Below are positions 33,896 to 45,501 of a DNA stretch of 64,000 nt, one piece after another (the stretch's first letter is position 1; each line of letters starts with the position of its first letter). The notes under the pieces are model-generated. The model worked only from the letters and a program-made list of their open reading frames with translations. It was not told the origin of the DNA and did no database searches. The position numbers and the translations under genes are program-made. This DNA is from Selaginella moellendorffii (taxonomy: Eukaryota > Plantae > Lycopodiophyta): positions 2,400,623 to 2,464,622 of the forward strand of contig NW_003314274.1 in the NCBI RefSeq assembly GCF_000143415.4, given 5' to 3'.

Positions 33896-36528
33896 TCACG
33901 TTGTCTTCGTTTTGTTCTCCTCAGTCGTTGAGGCGTCGTCGTCGTCATCGTCACTACTGCTGCTGCTGCTATTGGCACCGGATTTGCTCGTCTCTTGCCT
34001 GGAGTTATGATGTCTCTGGCGTAAGTCCTCATTATGGTGCTGCTGCTCTGGAATCGAAGTCGCAGGAGCATCTCCATCGATTGCTTCTGCTGCATCAGGA
34101 GTAGTAGTAGTAGTAGCGGTCACGTCACTCGCGTCCTCTCCACCGAAACCAAACTCGTTGATTCGCTTGCGGTCCACGGGATATATCCAACGTTGATACA
34201 GATAAATCAAGAAAATGATGTCTGCGCAAGCAGCAGCAGATTGTGAGTCCTCTGCCTGACTTTGTGAGTGACACGAGGGGGACGGACCGGGACTCGGGAA
34301 GAGGTAAAATGGAAAGAAAAGAAGAAAAGTATGTGGTGAGAGAACGTACCGTCACGGAAGACTGACAACCGATGCAGTATAGGCATCTTGATCACGAAAG
34401 CGAACAAATCATCGATAATTGTGTTGAGGAACTTGTAAGTCATTTGGCGCCAGGGGAGGTGCGCCACGGACTTGAGCTTGTAGTTGATGAAGAGCTGGGG
34501 GCACATCATGATGAAACCTTTTCACACAACACACACACATGATCTTACAGACAAGGAAAAGCGGTGACAGTGGACTCACCAAAAGTGTAGACACAGCTCG
34601 TAAGCGATGACAGGATCCATGAGTACCAGCTCTTGTGACGGTCATAAATAAGGGAATATATCGCGAAGCCCAACACAACCGGATAGAGGACGTAAGATAG
34701 GTAGCGCATCGCCAGGTCGTCATATTCCTTCGTCTTGTTCTTGGCATACGAGTCTCGGTCTCTGAATCGCAGGAGCGGGAACCGTCCACTCCGGTCCACC
34801 TGGGTTTTGCATATTCACTGGATTACTCACGAGCAAACAGGAGAAAGAATTCATACCTCGATATGCATCGCTTTACCAATCTTCCAGAATTCAATGCAGC
34901 AGCCAACGCCTGAGCTGAGAATGATCATCCACGATGTCTCGTTGTCCAACAAGTAGAGGAAAACGACAAGCTGACAGAAAAAGTTGACAACAACTGATCG
35001 AGCTGACAAGCCCTCCATCGACTTGTTTTTGTTCCAAAACTGGATATCTACAACGTAGTCATGAGTTAAGAAACAGTGCCGCAAAGACAATAAACTTACC
35101 ATTCTTGAAAGCGAGGAAATCGAAAACAGTGTGAAGAAGCGAGACAGTCATCGTGATTGCCAACAAAATGGGGTTGCCCTCTAGGAAAACTCTCTGCACG
35201 GTTTCAAAGTCAAACACTGGAATTTAGTGTAAAGTAGACCATAGTACCTTGAGTTCGTCGGCTTCACCTTCGAGCATGCTTCCATATGAGCGATGTATCT
35301 GAAAGGACTGGTCAATCTGTAAGTAAAGCTGCCACCGAGTGAGACTGATCGGAGAAAGATCCAGATTCAGTGTCAATTCTGTCGTCGTCTCATTGATGCG
35401 TATCAGCTTGTCGCGCAGTAGCCAAAACTCGTTGAAGAAAACGGTAGGATAATAGTTTCCTGATGTCTCTTCAAAGTTTAAGTCTGCAAAAATGTCAAGG
35501 ATAACCAAGGATGCGCAATAACAGGCCAAGGAAGGATACACTCTGCTACGGTAGGTGGAAGAGCATTCCTAGAGTACCTGCAATCGACCCAACCATCAGC
35601 CAGACGTATTGAAATGAAAGAATCACTAGCTTTACATACTTTGTAAAGTCGTCCACCAGATTCATAGTCACATTCGGTTTCCAGAAAGAGACCCACTCGG
35701 TGATTCCTTCGTCTTCTACGACTTCTGGGAGCACCTAAGATTGAAACATAACGTTTCATGAGCTCGGAACTCAAAGAGAAGCCCAATGCACAAACCTCCG
35801 GCGCTTCATCTTTGGCCTCCAACAGACTTTTCCTTTTGTCTGTCTTTGGTTTTGGAAGATAGCTGATCAAAGCTATGAAATAGAAGGTTAGAAGGAAAGA
35901 ATGGTATCTAGCATCACTAAACTTACAAACTGTTCTGCTAAACGATGAGAAATGGTCGTAGTCTGGGTCACTGGGGTTCGGTGAGAAGCCGGATCGTGTA
36001 AAGAATACATGCCCATAAACGGTGCCATTATGCTTCATCACAGCCTAGAAAACAAAAAAAAAAAAAAACTTAGCAGCGGAGATCATGGCTCGGTAAGTAC
36101 CTCGGAGGGAGAATAAGTAAGGACATGGTGGCGAGAGCTATCGGGCGTCCACGCAGCATATGGTACGTTGGTTTCGTGCCACACGAGCGCTTGTTCGTTG
36201 CCAAAATCTGCGAACTTATGATCCTCTGATAGATAGAACCACATATCCTTAAAAAAACAAAGGATCAGTCGACAGACAGTGAAGTTCGATTGGAATTCAG
36301 TGAAAATCTTACCAGTTTCTCGCCCTTGGAGAAGAGATTGATCGACGACGTCGCAGGATCAGCTGGTTGCTTCTTGAATCCAAACATCTGAGATGCCAGG
36401 TACCAGAACAAGGCCATTCGGATCATCCCCATCAGGATCTGGCCAACGCCTTGCTGCTGCGGCTGCTGCTGCTGTGCATTCCGCTGCGCGGGAGCTGGCG
36501 CCGCGACGATGGGCGCTGGATTCGCCAT
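33896..36528 (-). CDS. CLPTM1-family membrane protein, multi-exon
   Basis: HTVFDFLAFKN-DIQFWNKNKSMEGLS; MMCPQLFINYKLKSVAHLPWRQMTYKFLNTIIDDLFAFVIKMP; YQRWIYPVDRKRINEFG. Confidence 0.93.
35484..35539 (-). other. U12-type (minor spliceosome) GT-AG intron
   Basis: Donor GTATCCTT, branch site TATCCTTGAC 11 nt before the end of the terminal AG; splicing restores VAE-Y-LNFEETSGNYYP. Confidence 0.85.
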
Positions 36529-36607
36529 TGGAACCGAAGCGACTAAGAGGAAGGACTAGGGCTTTTGGAAGCCCTTTTTTAGGGTAGTGGGATTTTGGCC
36601 TTGAGCA

Positions 36608-39600
36608 ATGGGAGTAGGGCTGGAGGCCGTGCGCCGGCTGAGCGATGTCCTCGCTCGGCAGAAGGCGGGCATGGAGGATCGCCTGGATTTGCTGATCGAT
36701 CAGAAGCGTGGCCTCCATGGCATTGTCGCTGCTTCGCGATATCTGGCCGCCAGAACCAGCGTCACTGGCAGCGATAAGCAGCGGGATCTACTGCTCTACG
36801 TCGCGGGATTCATCGATCAGCTCCCGGCCATGGCAATGCAGGCGATTGGGAGCTCCGAGGCTGATTTCTTCGCGGAGTTGGCGAGATATCTGGTGAGCAT
36901 TGTGGAGAAGTGGCCGGTTGCTTGCTCCACCCTCAGCAAATCTTTAGCGATCGTGCTGGAAGGCTTCGATCCTTCGCAGGGGGCGACCTCTCCGTGCAGG
37001 GCCTTCCTCTGCGCAGTGTCGATGAATTGCTTCCGAGTGGACGAAGCTGCCGTGGATCAGATTGGTGATTGCCTGTTGCGAAAGTGGATCATTTCCAGTG
37101 ACGAAGATAGTTCCTCTCCTCGGGGGAACGAGTCCATTGACGATTTGGAGAGGTATAAGATCGGGCTAAGGTTATTTATAAACATCATGGGGAAGTCCAA
37201 GGACGCTCAGGTTTTAAAGCTCCGGTCAGCATCAGTTAGGCAGCTCAAGACATTGATTCCACTGCTCAAGGTAGCGATCGCGACACTTTCCTCGTGGATG
37301 CTTGATACTAGAACTGATGTTTTCCTTTTCTTCGCTCCAGATCCGAAAGCGAGAGTTAAATGGTGGCGAAGTTCCTTTGAAACAGACAATATGCTTGAAG
37401 ATGGAGGTGGCTCAAGTGGCAGCAATCTTGCAAACCAAGTCGCTGTTAAGTTCTCGGAATTCCTCGGACGGGCTTGTGTGGGAGACCGTCACATTGCTTA
37501 TGGATGTGGCCGATTCGTGCGTTACGTCTCCCTGGCGGAGGATCCAGGCTTGTGAGGTGCTGTTCGAGAGCCTTTTATCCAGCGTCGCCGAGATTGTTAG
37601 TGCTCATGGGAACCGAACAATTTTACATCGTTTGAGGCTTTTGATCTTGTGCACTTGCGCTTACGTAAGTACATTGCTCTTGTTGTTTCTTCTCGCTCAC
37701 ATTTTGTATCACAGGCTGATACATGGGGAACAAATCAAGGAGCTCTGTTCAAGAGCGTTGTCAGGTCAACCTGTTCTATCATTCAAGCGGGATGGAACGA
37801 GGACAGGTCTGCAGTCGAGTCTTTTCTTTTGTCGTTGGCTGCACATGTTCGACAACATTCTGAACAGGTTAATCGTTAAGAAGAAAGAATTCTCGTTTCT
37901 CTAACTGGTAACATGATCAGGAAGACAAAGAAAAGCCTACAGTAGCTGTTATGCAGCTGAACGTGATTCCTCTTCTTGCTGAAATTGCAGCGATGCTCAA
38001 TAAATCAGAGGCGGTGGATATGTTGATGCCGATGTTCATAGAGTGTTTAGAAGAGGGAGAGGCTTCAGCGCCATCCTTGTTACGTCTTCGGGTAATGTTT
38101 TAATCTGTCTTTGTGAAGATACTAATCGATCATGCAGCTGCTAGACGCAGTGGCTCGTATGGCTGGCTTGGGCTTTGAGAAGTCGTACAGAGAAGCCATA
38201 GCCTTACTTACGAAGAGTTATAAGGACAAGCTTTCAACTGTGGGATCTACACATAGCAGGACGTTAGCTCCTGAAGCTACAACTGAACGTGTTGAGGTAA
38301 TAAAAAACTATCTTGTAGGTGAAGTGTAATTTTTCTGTCTTAATAAGTGCTCCGCAGACACTCCCTCTTGCGTTTTACGTAATTGCAGGCGGTCTGAAGG
38401 ATCACGTTTTGCGAAATGACTACCGGCAACGCCTGCTCATATTGTGCTCGGAAGTGGGGCTTGTTGCTGAAGCTAAGAGCGGAAGGTAGGTACTTAGTCC
38501 TGCGCATATTTGTGGGTGTTAATGGTTTAAAAAATTTCTTTTGCAGAAGCGGTGCTGATTTGCTTGGACCTCTGCTTCCCGCTGTAGCAGAAATATGCTC
38601 CGATTTTCAACCTTCTCGAGCAGTTGAGCCTTCTCTTCTGAAGCTGTTCCGCAACTTGTGGTTTTATATCGTGCTATTTGGCTTAGCACCTCCAATTCAA
38701 AGAGAACAATCGTCCTTAAAATCGTACGCCATAAGCACAAGTAGTATGGGCAGCATGAGTGCGATGGCGTTACAAGCAGTGGCAGGACCTTATCTTTGGA
38801 ATGCGCAGTGGTCAGCAGCTGTACAACGCTTAACCGAAGCTACACCACCGCTGGTAGGAAGAGTTTCGTTATGCTGCAAATTTGTGATCTTTTCTTTGTT
38901 TGTGCAGCTGGTCAGCTCAGTAAAATGGATGGAAGATGAGCTGGAGCTGAATGCACTTCATAATCCCGGTAGCCGGCGAGGTAGTGGCAACGAAAAAGCC
39001 GTTACAGCACAAAGAGCGGCTCTAGCGGCCTCGCTGGGCGGTCGTGTGGAGATCTCTTCATTGAGCACGATTTCAGGTATTTGTTACGCCTTCTGTAATT
39101 TTGCTAACGGGTTTCTGAGCAGGCGTCAAGGCTACATATTTGCTCGCTGTCTCCTTTCTTGAAGTCTTGCGATTTAGTTGTAATGGTGGCATATTGAGAA
39201 CTCAAAATCCGGAGACTCGGAGCTCGTTAATATGCACCTTCATGTACCTTGAGACACCTCAATTAACTCCTGATGTTTATCAGTGTCTTTCTGCAATGGT
39301 TCACCGAGCTTTTGATGCAGCTATCACATGGCTGGTAAGTACGCTGGTCGCTATTGTTTTCTGCTGACATTCGAGTGTTCCAGTGTGACAAAGCTACCGC
39401 CAGCGAAGACGAGAAAGATTCAGTGCTAATGGCTCATGCGACATTTTTAATTCAACAGCTGACTCATCGCAACGAGAACATTAGAGAAATGGCAGATAGC
39501 TTGTTGAGCCAACTAAGAAATCGATTTCCACAAGTGAGTATACTGTCTTATTAGTTCAAGCTAAAACGACTAGTATTTTTCAGGTTCTTTGGAATCCTCG

Positions 39601-42600
39601 TTGTGTGGATCTGCTACTAAATTTGCTTGGCGGTATATCATCTTCTGCTCTAGCATCTGATCCAGGTGCCATGGTCGCTTGTCGAATGCTTGTGCAACAG
39701 AGAGTTCGAGAATGGATAACTTACTCGCTGCTCCTCGCTCCTGCCACGACGCAGGGGCTGTTAGAGGTATGGTAATCCTGATGTTAAACGTTACTGAAAA
39801 TTTCCTTTATTTTTGCAAGGAACAATTTCGGAAACTGAAGAAAACTGCACATACGAGTGAACTTATCATATTATTTTCTGATCTACATCTCGACGTGACA
39901 AAAATGGATATGAGTGGACAAGCTGCAATTATCCCTGCTGTTACGGCTGCGGCAGCAGCGGCCGCAGGCGCAAATTCAACAACTGTGGAGGTCCTTTCCA
40001 CCGGTGTGATTAGCGCGAACGTGAAGTCAAATTACGTGGGCGAAATTGTGGGCATGAAGAAGCTATATGCTGGGATCAACATCAACCAACTGCAAGATAC
40101 CAAGGCCTTGACAGCGGTCTGGCTAAGCAGCAAAGTGGATGGGAAATCTTCTCCGGAAGAGGAAGACGCGTCCCTTTCAGCTTTGCTCTTCTCCAGGTTT
40201 CTGTTGTGTCTACAGCAGTTCGTTACTGCGGCTGAACGCGGTGAAAGTGTCGATGCTGCAGAATATCACGAAGCTTGCCTCCGTGCCACGGCCCTTCTGC
40301 TCTCAGACATGGTAATGCACTTGTTTCATTGTACCAATTGTTACTGACTTTCTTCTTTCCTGCAAGGCCTTATGCAGAATGACGACATCTGAGAGCTTCG
40401 TGCAACTTTTGCGTCTGTTATGCTGGTGTCCCGCATACATTTTCACTCCCGCTGCTATGGAAACTGGCATTTTTGTATGGTCCTGGCTCCTTTCTGCAGC
40501 GCCACAGTTAAGATGTTCATTACTTTCGGAGTTAGTTGACGCTTGGCTGTGGACTGTAGACACTAGTCATGGTTTATTTGGTGCAGAAAATTGTGGTCCT
40601 GCAGCCAAACTACGACCTCACCTCACACCGGGTGAGCCCGTAACAGTGAAGGATTCGATTGAAGGGATATTAGCTCATCGCCTGTGGCTAGGATTTCTTC
40701 TGGACCGTTTTGAGGTGAAAAACGCGTTTCAACTTTGGTATTTCTGCTCATGCAATAATTGTTAGTAGGTTGTCAAGCATAATAGCAGAAAGGAGCTGCT
40801 TTTAATTGGGAGATTACTTCAGGGGTCTGTGAAGAAACCTCGTTTTACGTCCCATCCTGCGGCAACTGGGACTTTTTTTACACTTATGCTGCTAGGATTC
40901 AAATTTTGCGCGTGGCAGCTACAAAACTTGCAGTCTATCGAAACTGCAGGAATATTTCTCCTGGAAGACCGCATCTACAGGTAAGTTCAAATTCTCGTGT
41001 ACACGAACTAACTTCTTAGTTTTGTAGATCTGCTTTGAGCTGGTTTGCCGCTGAACCAGGCTGGTATGACTGGAAAACCGAGGGTGATGCTCAAAGTGAA
41101 GCACAGGCCGTGTCAACATTTGTGTATTATCTAACGTCGTATCAGCATGAGCCATCAGAAAATTTAAAATCTGGGACACAGGAAAATGGTTATATATCAA
41201 ATTTTAGGAATGTACAGGTATCTTTATCTAGATTGCCATTTTTCATTCATGTGTAATACTGCGTTCTAATAGCTTGACGGGAAACATGGTCAGACGGGGA
41301 AGGAGAGAGTAAAGCAGCTGCTGTTGATGTTATCTCAACACGAAGCTGATAGGCTTGAGACGTGGGCGTTCCCTTTAAAGTAAGCTCTACACACTCTGTT
41401 AATTCATATTCAAACTTGTATGGCTGCAGGGATTTTGTCCCCAGGCTCCGCGTCCATGCAGATAGGTTACTAGAGTTCGCAAAAACTGCGTGGCTGATAG
41501 ATCCTCGCATTGCTTTATCGTTGGTCGCGAGGTTTCCAGCTTTCAACAATTTGAGATCGGAAGTGGCTGTCATGGTGCAGGTTCGTTATCGAAAATATAA
41601 AATTCTTAAATCTTTGTGACGGTTTCTGTTCAGGAACACCTTACTGAACTACGGGAAATTCCGGAAGCTCTACCATACTTTGTGACTCCCAAGGCTGTAG
41701 ATGAAAATTCACCTTCTTTGCAACAACTTCCTCACTGGGCTCTGTGCTCGATAACTCGCGCCTTGGAGTTCTTGACTCCTCCTTACAAGGGCCATCACAG
41801 AGTAATGGCCTACGTGCTTCGTGTAATGGAGTCCTATCCACCTGAACGAGTTACCTTTTTCATGCCACAACTTGTTCAAGCGCTTCGCTACGATGATGGG
41901 GTAAGGAATAGTTTCTGTGAGCATAAAACGTATATATGCGGCATACCTTTTAGGGACTTGTCGAAGGGTATCTTATGGTTGCTGCTAAGCGAAGCAACCT
42001 TTTTGCACATATTCTGATATGGGAGCTTCAGGTAGGCTTCCATACTGCTTAGTAATTTATCCTTATTCTTGTAAATGGTAGGGTGAGGAGGTTCCAACTG
42101 AAGAATTAAACAAGGATGCCAAAGATTCATTGGGACCCAAGGTTGGAGTATTTATGAAGAATGTAAAGTTCTAATGTGGAATACTCGCAGGGTGTACCAC
42201 TGTCCGAAATAGTACCACGAGTTAAACAACGAATCATCGACAGTTTTACAGCTGAGACGTACGACATTTTCATCCGGGAATTTAGATTTTTTGACCAAGT
42301 GACCTCGATCTCGGGGTTCCTGTATCCCTTACCGAAGGAAGAACGTCGAGGTGCAATCCGACAGTAAGTTTCCATCATGTTTTAGTCGCTGTAGCTCACT
42401 ATCATTTCAGGCAATTAGAAAAGATTGAAGTGACGGGAGACGATTTGTACTTGCCAACCGCTCCGAACAAGCTTGTCCGAAGCATACAATTGGACAGTGG
42501 AATCCCTTTGCAATCAGCTGCCAAAGTTCCGATCATGATCACATTTAATGTCGTGGATAAGGAGGGAGATTCCAAAGATATCATACAACAAGCCTGCATT

Positions 42601-43617
42601 TTCAAGGTTTTGTGATTTTCTAAAGACCTTTTAGTCCGACTCGGTTGATGCAGGTTGGAGATGATTGCCGTCAAGATGTCCTAGCTCTTCAAGTCATTGC
42701 TCTGCTCAGGGATATCTTCCAAGCTGTGGGACTAGACCTCTATGTTTTTCCTTATGGTGTTCTACCGACTGGCTATGGCAGAGGAATAATTGAGGTGACA
42801 AACTTATGAGACTTTTAAATCTCACGTTTCTTTTACTTTTTCCAGGTGGTACCAAATACTCGAAGCCGTAATCAAATGGGAGAGATTAGCGACGGTGGAC
42901 TGTATGAGCTTTTCCAGCAGGACTATGGGCCAGTGGGTTCTGTCCGCTTTGAAGCAGCTCGCGACAAGTTTATTGTAAGTAGCGCTGGATACGCAGTTGC
43001 CAGCCTTCTGCTACAACCCAAAGACCGGCATAACGGCAACCTTCTATTCGACAAGTAAGTTAAAACCCGTTTTTTTCGTTTAAGCTGTTTTACATGGGGT
43101 CCGTTTTTCAGTGAAGGCAGACTGGTGCACATAGATTTCGGATTCATCCTCGAGACATCGCCAGGGGGAAACCTGCGATTCGAGAGCGCGCAGTTCAAGC
43201 TGAGCCACGAGATGACCCAGTTGATCGATCCATCCGGCGTCATGAGAAGCGAGACCTGGAACCGGTTTGTCAGGTTTGTGTTTCTAGTTTCCGTTGAGGT
43301 GTCCGCGTCCCCGGCAATTAAAAGACGTGTTCTTATGGTTTTGTCGGTGCTTGGACAGCTTGTGCGTGAAAGGATACTTGGCAGCGAGGCAGCATATGGA
43401 TGGCATTGTTAACACAGTGCTGCTGATGATCGACAGCGGATTGCCGTGCTTTAGCCGAGGAGATCCCATTGGCAACTTACGCAGGCGCTTTCATCCGGAT
43501 ATGACCGAACGAGAGGCCGCCAACTTTATGATCCGGACGTGCGCAGATGCGTATAACAAATGGTCGACTGCGGGGTATGATCTGATCCAGTACCTCCAGC
43601 AAGGAATCGAAAAGTAG
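36608..43617 (+). CDS. PI4KA1: Phosphatidylinositol 4-kinase alpha, multi-exon
   Basis: [13 protein letters not shown]; PIK helical [13 protein letters not shown]; PLQSAAKVP; [18 protein letters not shown]; KDRHNGN; HIDFGF; [13 protein letters not shown]. Confidence 0.96.
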
Positions 43618-43751
43618 CCGAGCCAGAAGCCCGTGAATCGAACGAAGAAAAGAAACAAGATACGTTTTCTTTCTTTTTTTCTGGCTTCTCATCATCAACA
43701 TCATCATAATCGTGTATAAACAGAGCTCTTCTCGTGAATTGAGTCAGAACT

Positions 43752-44593
43752 TCAAGAACCTCTGCCGAGCAACCAATCGAGCACTCCGCAGCATCCGGAA
43801 GCTCTCTCAGGCAACTGAAGAGAATCGAATGGCACTGTTAGAACAGGGAAAGAGGGAGCGAGACAAAAAAAAGTTACCTTTTGGGGTGTGGACTCGTGAC
43901 CGGCCTGTAGCTTTTGGTCGCCATCGCTGGTAGTAGCAGCAGCAGTGATGGGCTTGGATGTGTCGATGGTAGCCGCCACGGGCTTGTGATCTTCGACAGC
44001 AGCAGTGGACTTTTGATCTTCAAAGCTAGCGGCAGTAGCAGCAGCAGCAGGGTCGTGATCTTCAATGCGAGTATCGCGGTCTTCAGTGGGAATGTTGTGA
44101 TCTTCAGTGGGAGTAGCAGCGACGGTGTTGTGATCTTTAGCAGCGGCAGGAGGAGGCTCGAGCTCATCGACTTTTTCCGTATGGCGTTCTTGGTCTGCGA
44201 GATGATGGTGGTCGTCCTCTGGTTCTTCGTGAGCGTGGAACTTGGTGGGAGTTTGCGGCGGTGGGGTGCCAACATCAAACTCGACGGACTGCCTCACCCA
44301 TTCCTCCACGTTGCTGTGCTTGCGGTCCTGCTGCTTGCGCCGCTCCTCATCGTCCCCATGTTGGTGAAGATGGTGCTCCAGATCCAGATTTGGGGGCTCG
44401 TGATGCTGGTGGTGGTGCTGGGATCTCGGCGTCGGCGTCGTGGCCGCGCTGCTGCTCAGATCGTCATCGTCCAGGAGGGACTCGCTACCCGTCTCTGCGA
44501 GAAAGAAGAATCACTCAATCAGCAGCCATCGCTTCACACAACAGTGAGCTCGCGCTGTGCGTGAGCCCTTTCGCTTACCTGATCCATTGCCAT
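43752..44593 (-). CDS. Acidic, His-rich low-complexity protein with C-terminal GCCG-LDWL motif
   Basis: MAMDQ micro-exon plus GT-AG introns; repeated EDH units; ends ERASGCCGVLDWLLGRGS*. Confidence 0.6.
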
Positions 44594-44829
44594 TGTGGTG
44601 CTGCCGCTCTTCCTCAGCGCGCTGCTCGCGCTGCTTTCGCCGCCGCGCTGCTTGCCGCTTCTTAGGGCCTGACGGCATTATCTCTCCCTCCCGCCCTCTC
44701 TCTCGCTATCTCTATCGCTCGCTCACTCTCTTCTCTAGCTAATTATGATAGCGCTCTGTTTTGGACACGCAAAAAGGGGCTCTGCCAAATTGGTGGGGAC
44801 TCACCACTAATAAACGCGAATTTCTAACC

Positions 44830-45442
44830 CTAATGATAGCAGAATATTCCTTCCCGCCCAGCAAAATCTAGGGTTCCTCGCGTCCGGGATGGCTCAGATA
44901 CCAATGCCGAGAAACAATGCTGCGTTAGATCTTGCGAGCTGCTAGAAATCCGTGAATCTGAGATCGTGCTTACCAGAGCGGCGTAATCCTCTTCGGTGAG
45001 GGGGGACTCGGTGATCGTTTCCAGGCCAAGCTCGGCGCTTTCTCCCTCGCGATGGTTTCTTTCCTCCTCCTCCCTGCTGCGCCGTGGATTGTCCGCCGCT
45101 ATCGCATCGCCGCGCTCCTGATTCTCCTCTCCATCGCCGTGCTGCTGATCGGTAGCTCCGAAATTGCCGAAATCCTCTCCACCGCGAGCCCGATTGAGCG
45201 GCTCCGCGCCGCCGGAATGATCATCGATCGCGCTGCCATGTTCCTGGATTCCCTCCTGCGCGCTACTGTCGTAGGTGACCTCGTTGTTCCCATCCTCGTC
45301 TGCCACCCGGAGAAAGACGCGCGCATTCGTGAGAATCGCGAGCGCCCTGGCGGATTCCACAAAGAACCTGCGCCTCCGGCGATAGCAAGCTCTCCGATCG
45401 GACGCATCGGCGATGAATTCCAAGGGGAGCTTTCTTCCCCAT
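44830..45442 (-). pseudogene. Divergent type-I (SRF-like) MADS-box gene with a 1-nt frameshift just after the ATG
   Basis: GRKLPLEFIADASDRRACYRRRRRFFVESARALAILTNARVFLRVADEDG aligns without gaps to the MADS consensus; the ATG at 45442 is one base out of frame. Confidence 0.65.
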
Positions 45443-45501
45443 TTTTTTATTTCTCTCTTTTAACCATTAGGTTTTTTGGCGCTTTGTTAGGGCTTTAGGC
45501 T

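Noticed and set aside
36243-36250. ATATCCTT resembling a U12 AT-AC donor
   Set aside because: It is on the non-coding strand of CLPTM1 and is simply the reverse complement of an ordinary AG|GATAT acceptor junction.
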